Source: Phoronis australis (taxonomy: Eukaryota > Animalia > Phoronida). Taken from it: 64,000 bases of DNA. The translations under genes were made by a program, and so were the position numbers. Where the stretch lies: assembly GCA_002633005.1 (NCBI GenBank), contig NMRA01000586.1, positions 180,212 to 244,211 on the forward strand. The letters run 5' to 3'. Below are positions 59,301-64,000 of the stretch, piece by piece. Each line of letters begins with the position of its first letter. The stretch's first letter is position 1. The notes below the pieces were generated by a model. That model had not been told where the DNA came from. It worked only from the letters and a program-made list of their open reading frames with translations, and ran no database searches.

Positions 59301-61705
59301 CGGTCGAAGAGCAAGGAGAAATTGCGCAGAAAGAAGCGGAAAATCGTTTGACAATTAGCCATAAATTCTCACTTTAAAGTTTTGCTGATTATGGATGAGA
59401 AATATGGTTACCTTTTTGAAAGTTGCTGTAGACCCACTATTTTGTTACGTCCACTAGCCTTGATAATACAACTCACTTAATTTTCTGTGTTCCACTCTAA
59501 ACTTGTAGTCTTGTAACTCCTTCCCTGTACTACCACTCTGTGAGCCCACGTCTTCATGTCTGTTGGTTCCAGTTGATTGACAGCGTACTTATGTACCACC
59601 CAACACAGACAGCTCTCGAATGACAATAAGTTAGAAGATGCCCAAGCGAGCTTAATTGCTGCTAACAATTCAGAAGGTTTAGCAGATTTCTGCCAGTCTG
59701 CATGTCTGCTTGTTTTACCATCATCAAGTACATGTAGGCGACCATTTGAAATCATGCCCAAATTCATGACCTTGTACCTAGTTTTCATAAAAATATAAAC
59801 CTCAAGTTATTAAAGAAAACTGAAATCCTGAAATCAAGCTCCATTGTATCTATCCAGGTAAACAACTATACAGGGGAACTGCAGCAGTGCCTCCATTGCA
59901 AAGGGTCACATTACTTCCAATATCTTTGGATATTAAATTTCCATGAAGCCGTTTTATTTTCAGCGTCCTCGATGATGATGAAAACATTAACATTCCGTAG
60001 AGAGATCTTCATTTTTACTGCGTGTCGTGTCTTATAGCCGGATTATCGTCCATATTTGCTTTAACACCCCTAAATATTTCATTTTTAAAGAACCATTTTC
60101 AGCTTAGTGAACACCTCCATTTTATATTGCCACTTAGCAAATTAATTTACTGCTACGAGGAACTAGCATTTGTTTTGAAATTCTCTAGAATTGTTTCAGA
60201 CAAAAGAACGCTATTTAAAAGATGTTGCCTTATGTGTGTGTGTAATTATGTACTAAGTTTTTGTTTTTAGACCCGGCCTGTGGCATAAAGCAAAGAAGGT
60301 GAATATTACTGCTGGACAAACAGACATCAAGGTATGTTGAATGGGACGGATCTCCTGTTAGGGTCTCTTATCACTTGTTGTTACAGTGAATTTTTTTTTT
60401 ACATTAGGGACAAAGTTCTGTTTACAAGCAAAATTTTATTTCTGTTTCTGTTGACAAAGGACGTTGTTACATCCAAAAATTTCAGTTGATCCATTCTTGT
60501 TGTTTTATTTACCTATTTATATTCGTCATCGAAATAACTTAAACAAGGTGTGGCCAAAGCATTCACCAAAGTTTGAGCATTTGATGCTATTAAAAATCTT
60601 TGGTAAAAATGGCAATTAATTTTTTTATTAAAAAAGAAATGGTAAAACTGCCACTTTGGAAGAGTAAAATAACCAACACGCTTTAGGGGAGTTGGGTTTG
60701 ACACCAGTATGTGTTTGTTAAGTCTAGTTTGAAAGGTTTGATTGGATACGTGTGTTTCTTGACTGCACATCCAATACTTGCATGGGAGTCAAGCAACAAA
60801 CATCTTGAACCTTTCTTCTGCTACACATTACGTGTGCATGTTCAAGGTTTCTGTCCGTGGAACTGGAATACGCAATTATACTCATTAACACTTCCCGCGC
60901 GCATAATGACGAAAGTACGATGCAAATTACATGCAAAGTAGACTGCATTAAAGGCAAATTACAAGCAAATTACAAGCAAATTACAAGCAAATTGGCAAAT
61001 GACAGAAAATGTTACCTTAATGATATCTTGAGACTGACGCAGTACAAAAGCATGCCCGACCAGTATGACAATATTCACAGCAGTGCCCAAACATGGCGTA
61101 TAACCCTGAGCGCGCTCAACCATTCATAAACAAAATAGTATTCACAGTAAGTACTTTACCATTCGTAAACAAAACAGTAAATTTAACAATAAGTACTCGA
61201 CCATTCATAAACAAAATAGTATTCACAGCAAGTACTCTACCACTCGTAAACAAAACAGTAAATTTAACAATAAGTACTCGACCATTCATATTAAACAAAA
61301 TAGTATTCACAGTAAGTACTCTACCATTCGTAAACAAAACAGTAAATTTAACAATAAGTACTCGACCATTCATAAACAAAATAGTATTCACAGTAAAGTA
61401 CCCATAGTACAATGCATAGGTAAGTCGGAGCTAACCTCATTCGCATGTTACTACACAGGAGGTATGCACTTTTTTCCATCTAATTATAATTTCACAGCTA
61501 CCTTTAATTGCCTTGGTTTTTTGTAGATTGAGTTTCCACTGCCGATTGTGGCGTGTAACTTGATGATCGAATACGCCGAGTTCTACGACAACTTTCAGGC
61601 GTCTGCTGAGACCCTGCAGTGTCCACGTTGCAGTGCCTCTGTACCGGCCAACCCTGGGGTGTGTGGGAATTGTGGGGAAAATGTATTTCAGTGTCACAAA
61701 TGCAG
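733..61705 (+). CDS. UBR4: E3 ubiquitin-protein ligase UBR4 (p600/Poe), partial multi-exon gene (both ends outside the window)
   Basis: 59 GT-AG exons, phases checked by length: 733-792, 1210-1436, 2385-2487, 3439-3573, 4081-4195, 4746-4933, 6498-6583, 7455-7537, 8364-8449, 8926-9166, 9627-9853, 10580-10727, 11311-11510, 12006-12188, 12607-12729, 13692-13814, 14359-14450, 14904-15129, 15327-15487, 15994-16206, 16942-17048, 17384-17479, 17870-18074, 18390-18581, 18922-18985, 19760-19842, 20675-20720, 21819-21884, 26999-27069, 27385-27532, 29345-29542, 30016-30216, 32906-33157, 33880-33969, 34558-34650, 35109-35312, 35732-35897, 36505-36577, 37031-37250, 37981-38134, 38783-38943, 39286-39505, 39805-40223, 40458-40635, 40751-40894, 41467-41588, 42142-42250, 42912-43012, 44645-44869, 45826-46021, 46394-46638, 46888-47941, 48178-48346, 48995-49142, 49448-49533, 49754-49841, 51679-51872, 60271-60331, 61527-61705. 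Recognised UBR4 peptides include the UBR box, [57 protein letters not shown] and [30 protein letters not shown]. Confidence 0.96.
2932..3175 (+). mobile_element. Interspersed repeat fragment, with related copies at ~19085-19320 and ~23455-23695
   Basis: Shared blocks aacatgatctac, tattcattgacaacttgtaaat.tgaaaacaaaa, ctgcaaataggtga and gtcacgatacttactgg occur in the same order in different introns. Confidence 0.7.
3242..3418. mobile_element. MITE-like element (~177 bp)
   Basis: Terminal inverted repeats attgacctatcgcaag / cttgacaataggtcaat, flanked by TA on both sides. Confidence 0.65.
3882..4110 (+). repeat. ~52-bp tandem repeat x4 spanning an intron/exon junction
   Basis: Unit taagccagtctgtccttactgttcatgttcattttcaggctgcgtccctt; AGs end at 3921, 3973, 4028 and 4080 (the functional one). 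Confidence 0.93.
5197..6180 (+). mobile_element. Non-autonomous Helentron-associated element (HINE/DINE-1-like architecture)
   Basis: 5' T-run; subterminal IR atgcgcccaca (5202-5212) matching tgtgggcgcat (6144-6154); internal IR tgtggacgcat (5221-5231); (GTCC)n microsatellite; internal core repeats (catgaaatttgg, ccctagtggc); 3' hairpin caacgc-tct-gcgttg followed by a T-rich end. Confidence 0.8.
9330..9626 (+). repeat. ~31-bp pyrimidine-rich minisatellite x ~9 ending at a splice acceptor
   Basis: Unit ctctaatcttctctccacatcatctcaccaa; the last copy ends ctccacAG at 9626. Confidence 0.9.
9919..9967. repeat. (TG)n/(TGCG)n microsatellite
   Basis: Directly visible. Confidence 0.95.
16581..16693. 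repeat. 10/20-bp minisatellite (CAGCAGTGTC CAACACTGTC)
   Basis: Directly visible; generates the spurious VQQCP/LDTAG ORFs. Confidence 0.93.
20967..21120. repeat. 50-bp VNTR: 3 copies here, 4 copies in the duplicate at 25388-25590
   Basis: Unit cactgaggtgaaccatgactggttgcattcagtaaagccactctcttgt. Confidence 0.92.
21340..21420 (+). mobile_element. Possible degenerate tRNA-derived SINE fragment (duplicate near 25835-25915)
   Basis: gaggtcatgggttccagtccc resembles a Pol III B-box arm (GGTTCGANTCC) and is followed by cccttgag. No clear A-box or tail. Confidence 0.3.
22179..22652. other. Assembly gap (474 N)
   Basis: Run of N. Single-N joins also occur at 5345, 43528, 50560, 53196 and 53723. Confidence 0.99.
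22755..26380 (+). other. UBR4: Second copy of five UBR4 exons (22755-22946, 23290-23353, 24176-24258, 25092-25137, 26315-26380); probable alternative haplotype
   Basis: Same lengths (192, 64, 83, 46, 66 nt) and splice sites as the exons at 18390-21884. I count 5 synonymous changes and 1 non-synonymous change (T to A). The copy starts right after the N gap. Confidence 0.85.
26999..27532 (+). CDS. UBR4: UBR4 exons encoding the UBR-box zinc finger (26999-27069 + 27385-27532)
   Basis: [66 protein letters not shown]: the Cys/His pattern of the UBR-type zinc finger. Confidence 0.96.
32906..40223 (+). CDS. UBR4: UBR4 exons for the beta-rich region after the UBR box (beta-propeller and DOC-like domain)
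   Basis: Peptides [80 protein letters not shown]...[12 protein letters not shown] and [17 protein letters not shown]. Domain names are inferred from known UBR4 architecture. Confidence 0.9.
33635..33832. repeat. ~32-bp degenerate minisatellite x ~6
   Basis: Unit gaaccaaaacaaagggttccaccctaaaactt. Confidence 0.85.
36240..36493 (+). repeat. ~72-bp tandem repeat x3 running into a splice acceptor
   Basis: Unit gtgttttgttcttgtaagttcctggtggcccccttcatcaacaataatattatgttggtacttgacctcctc. Confidence 0.92.
41268..41339. repeat. (CA)n microsatellite
   Basis: Directly visible. Confidence 0.97.
43101..43955. repeat. ~427-bp direct duplication around a single N (43528), containing a 42-bp minisatellite; probable contig-overlap artefact
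   Basis: 43101-43527 is repeated from 43529 with few differences; internal unit tccagtaaggttttagttggcatacaactttatcatacaata. Confidence 0.85.
43782..44104. mobile_element. GC-rich non-autonomous DNA transposon inserted in the 42-bp minisatellite
   Basis: Imperfect TIRs cataggtggattt / agatccgccactg (9 of 13 match); TCCAG direct repeat on both sides (43777-43781, 44105-44109); the minisatellite resumes in register after it. Confidence 0.7.
44940..45046. repeat. 21-bp minisatellite x5
   Basis: Unit ttgataactgataccagtctg. Confidence 0.9.
46888..47941 (+). CDS. UBR4: UBR4 largest exon in the window (1054 nt), helical scaffold
   Basis: Core of ORF 46786..48039; acceptor ccaccag|GTG, donor CAAG|gtgaga; contains [13 protein letters not shown] and [25 protein letters not shown]. 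Confidence 0.95.
49562..49668. repeat. 21-bp minisatellite x5
   Basis: Unit gacacattgcctagtcctgtg. Confidence 0.9.
49754..61705 (+). CDS. UBR4: UBR4 exons 49754-49841, 51679-51872, 60271-60331 and 61527-61705 (second DOC-like domain and Cys-rich zinc-binding segment)
   Basis: The spliced frame [49 protein letters not shown] is continuous across the 8.4-kb intron 51873-60270, which proves that the GPCR is intronic. Confidence 0.93.
49950..51480 (+). mobile_element. Degenerate core repeats of the same element type as 5197-6180
   Basis: Recurrent atgaaatttgg, gatgtgttcctgat and gtgccccc.agtggc motifs at ~50063, 50137, 50790, 50970, 51040, 51142 and 51375. Ends not resolved. Confidence 0.6.
52252..52365. 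repeat. 20-bp minisatellite
   Basis: Unit cagcagttgcaaatgattaa x ~5. Confidence 0.88.
52431..53478 (-). mobile_element. Non-autonomous Helitron/Helentron-type element, reverse orientation
   Basis: On the minus strand: 5' hairpin actctgcgc/gcgcagagt (53451-53474), (AAGAAT)n microsatellite, internal repeats (tgacctcttccggtgca, aatgctgagaatcacag), subterminal IR at 52468-52477, perfect 11-bp hairpin attattgtcac-ggc-gtgacaataat (52441-52465), ending in CTAG then TT. Confidence 0.78.
56309..56314 (-). terminator. Candidate polyadenylation signal of the GPCR
   Basis: AATAAA on the minus strand about 500 nt downstream of the stop codon; unverified and common in AT-rich DNA. Confidence 0.3.
56393..56562. 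repeat. ~34-bp AT-rich minisatellite in the probable GPCR 3' UTR
   Basis: Unit aaatacaacagaagacattgtgttacattat x ~5. Confidence 0.85.
56821..57726 (-). CDS. Rhodopsin-family (class A) GPCR, melatonin-receptor-like, single coding exon, nested antisense in a UBR4 intron
   Basis: 301-aa intact ORF with 7 hydrophobic segments: TM1 GILGN, TM2 NLAVADL, Cys at the top of TM3, IAVNRY (NRY instead of DRY, as in melatonin receptors), TM5 LP..CY, TM6 CWLP, TM7 [11 protein letters not shown], helix 8 [14 protein letters not shown] status is secure; the ligand is not. Confidence 0.9.
   Translation of the reverse strand: MVKVYVEIVVLSAMIVIGILGNILVIGALVIQKETRQKVGNILVINLAVADLLMVTIVIPTILMNVSAGEIKTTEGTALCEIVSFFSVFSGGMSIYSIMTIAVNRYINVCKGEITYKRIFTKSKMAAILGILYTYMILCSLLGPIIGYSTAQYMPAMGTCSVKSQHKIFYILLGFQGFVLPATITCVCYARLFKKIRSARRVHTSSVIDKKQKAACTLLIVFLIFVSCWLPHAITLVVDPQRRLPTQFLRFTSWLLLANSCINSFVYGLRCQQFRKGYKKVLCFWKRSQMVAPHSGIFHVS
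57797..58252 (-). promoter_or_regulatory. Candidate GPCR promoter and 5'-UTR intron
   Basis: On the minus strand: TATAAA at 58116-58111, donor AA|GTAAGT at 58011, acceptor tttttgtaatccccaacAG at 57797 (70 nt before the ATG, with an in-frame TGA between). CACGTG at 58122-58127 and 58247-58252; GTGATGTAAT at 58100-58109. Motif evidence only. Confidence 0.45.
58378..58733. repeat. ~176-bp tandem duplication x2
   Basis: tgattaaataaagttgatgaaagcacacgc...cacacactca is repeated with a few substitutions. Confidence 0.92.
61120..61400. repeat. Higher-order minisatellite (alternating ~40-bp subunits, ~81-bp period)
   Basis: accattcataaacaaaatagtattcacagtaagtact alternates with accattcgtaaacaaaacagtaaatttaacaataagtactcg. 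Confidence 0.92.
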
Positions 61706-62624
61706 GTAGGTGGAGCCATGTGTATTTGAATATGCCGATATCACTCAGGGGTTTATCATGACTGTTATGTAGTTTTAATGATCTAAGTCAGCGTTTTGTA
61801 AGAAAAGAATGGTGTTCTGGTCAATAGTACAGAAGTGATTTGAAAGCTTGGCTCCACAACAAAAAGTCGGGTGTTTGGTGATGAATAAGTTTGATTATTC
61901 AGGGATTGAGTGATTGACATGCAGGCTGACAGTCTGTTAGTTTTAGGGAATGGGAGGAGCTATAATGGAATATGAATATGCATAGGTTGGCAAGTAGGCT
62001 GGTTGGCTGCTGGTGTAAGGACTGGTAGGAGGAGGAGCTACGATGGAAAATAAATGTAAATTGATTGACATGTAGGTTGATTACTGCTTGTGTAAGCAGT
62101 GGGTTTTTGCTATTCTTTATTTAACCAGAAAACTCGTTTAGTGGTACAATTATAGAAAATAAACATTGACACCAGTTTCCCATGAGGCCCTGACAAACAA
62201 ACACAACCGTCATCGACGAAAAGAGTAAGCAATTAGAAATATGCTGAAAGGAATGAACTTTCACTGTCAGAAACTGCACGTTATTACTTGTGCCGTGTGT
62301 GGCTATTGTCTCTTGAATGTCTTATTGTCAGAGGACTACACATGTTATGTGTATGCATGGTGTACCTTCCAATGCCAAAACGAGGCTTGAACGGCATAGC
62401 ACGGTCATCTCTGCCGGGCCAGTCGAGTTTGTATATACTTTTTGTGCAGCTTTTGTATTGTATGGTCCCAAATCAGCTATTAAATACTGAAACTCAGAGA
62501 CGAGAGTGCAAGACCAGTCTGATAGTCACTGAGTCGCCGCAGTGTGTTGCACAGAACTAGAACTTGCCTTGAGATAACACTTTCCATGACTTCAAATTTT
62601 CTTCTTTTAAGAATATATATATAT

Positions 62625-63023
62625 GTAAATAAAACAACAAGAATGAATCATCTAAAATTTTCGGATATAATAACGTCCTTCATCAATAGAAATAAAGTAA
62701 AATCAAACACTATTTGACAATTGACATTTAAGATGTGGTGTAATGCAGCGGAAATAATTAAATGAAACAATAAGTTTTTATGTTTAATCCATGAAGTTCT
62801 AGATAGACAAGCTCAATACACTAGGACCTCATGGATTAAACATAAAAACCTCTTAAATTATATCAATTAATTATTTCCTCAACAATGTATCATATTCATT
62901 ATGCCACATCTTAAATGTCAGTTGTCATATAAAGCTTGATTTTACTTTATTTCTGTTTCTGTTGACGAAGGACGTTATTATATCCGAAAATTTCAGTTGA
63001 TCCATTCTTGTTGTTTTATTTAC
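62625..63023. mobile_element. ~400-bp foldback (palindromic) element; partial right-arm copy at ~60432-60513
   Basis: Left arm gtaaataaaacaacaagaatg...gacatttaagatgtgg...tttttatgtttaatccatga pairs with right arm tcatggattaaacataaaaa...ccacatcttaaatgtc...cattcttgttgttttatttac. Confidence 0.88.
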
Positions 63024-63464
63024 CTTAAAGTTTATATATTCTACATTTCGTGAAACAATAGTATCCTTAAGAGGATCTAGATTGCCTTATTTAGTTTCAG
63101 ATTTATTTTCTACGCTTCTTCTAAGAAGATTTTCTCTTTTTTGTTTTTTCATGTCATATTTGTTATCCAGTTGCCTCTTTTTGCGTCTCTTTTTATCGTT
63201 AGTTTGACTTAATTTGTGCAAAAACGTTCATTTCACTTAAATTTTACAACACAGAAAATATTTCTGTCACACAAGCCTATGTGTTGAACAAATACGTCAC
63301 GCATAACATGTTATTATTTCAAATGAACTTTTATCATGGAAATGAACAATTGATAAGAAAAATAAATTGTGCAGGATGTCAGGTAGCCTTGTGAAAGAGC
63401 TCACAGTCATGTCAAGTTTAGGGTATACCTGAATGGTCTTGCATGACGCGAGTTCATCTGGTCT

Positions 63465-63690
63465 GGCTTGGGTACAACCCAAACCATTTTGTATGTACTC
63501 AAAATTGTGTTTGTGTATTCAGCTCTCAGGCTGTGAGTACGCCCCAAATCATTTTTGGTGTACTCATAAAATTGTATCTGTATTAGCAGCTCTGGATCTG
63601 AGTACACCCCTAATCATTTTGGGTGCACTCATACAGTTGTGTTGGTGGATTCACCTCTGGAGCTCTGGGTACATCCCAAATCATTTTGAC
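63465..63690. repeat. Degenerate ~65-bp tandem repeat with an internal hairpin
   Basis: gagtac.ccc.aatcatttt.ggtgtactc-like motif at ~63470, 63535, 63600 and 63667. Confidence 0.7.
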
Positions 63691-64000
63691 TGTTATGTCG
63701 TCATCTCTGTCCGTCCGTCCGTACAGACGCCGCCCGTATGTCCACTGTTCTATTTCCAAAACTGTTTGACGTTTGTTCATGAAATTTTGCATATGTGGTC
63801 CTTTCACGAATGGTATGGCATGAGCGAAGTTTCGGACGGATATGTCTACCGGTGTGCCCCTTAGTGGCAATTTTTATGCGCCTACATATATATGTGGTCG
63901 CATATTGCCATCATCTCTGTCTGGGCGTCTGCGGCTGTATCTCCTAAACCCCTCACAGGATCTTATTGAAATTTGGCAGGTATGTTCCTATGAGGTTGAC
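63690..64000 (+). mobile_element. Two HINE-like elements, the second (from 63871) starting in a T-run of the first
   Basis: 63690-63870 parallels 5232-5415 (gtcatctc.gtccgtccgtcc...catgaaattt...gtgcccc.tagtggcaatttt); 63871 onward repeats the 5' end tttttatgcgcc.acatat..atgtgg.cgcat. Confidence 0.78.

Noticed and set aside
59477-59788. 103-aa minus-strand ORF upstream of the GPCR
   Set aside because: No recognisable domain or motif; it could be untranslated exon sequence but nothing supports coding.
61093-61412. Repetitive ~100-aa ORFs on both strands
   Set aside because: Read-through of an 81-bp-period minisatellite.
733-61705. Non-canonical or minor-class (U12, AT-AC, GC-AG) introns in UBR4
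   Set aside because: All 58 inferred introns are GT-AG and none starts with the U12 consensus GTATCCTT.
63465-63690. CRISPR-like spacing of palindromic ~30-bp motifs
   Set aside because: The spacers are homologous to each other, the repeats are degenerate, the context is an animal intron and there are no cas genes; it is a minisatellite.

Overview
Eukaryotic (animal, intron-rich, probably a highly heterozygous invertebrate) genomic DNA. The whole window lies inside one + strand gene, the giant N-recognin E3 ligase UBR4 (p600/Poe). I traced 59 consecutive GT-AG exons with consistent phases from 733 to 61705 (about 3,280 codons); neither the start nor the stop codon is in the window. Five exons appear twice, either side of a 474-N gap (18288-22040 and 22653-26539), most likely two haplotypes assembled in tandem. 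An intact class A GPCR with an NRY motif (melatonin-receptor-like) is nested antisense in the 8.4-kb intron 51873-60270, with a candidate TATA/E-box/D-box promoter. Introns carry Helentron/Helitron-type non-autonomous elements, MITE-like and foldback elements and many minisatellites. The most unusual pattern is that about ten introns carry tandem duplications of their own 3' splice-site region (decoy or disabled acceptors), while I saw no equivalent at donor sites. All calls come from reading the sequence by eye; no searches were run.
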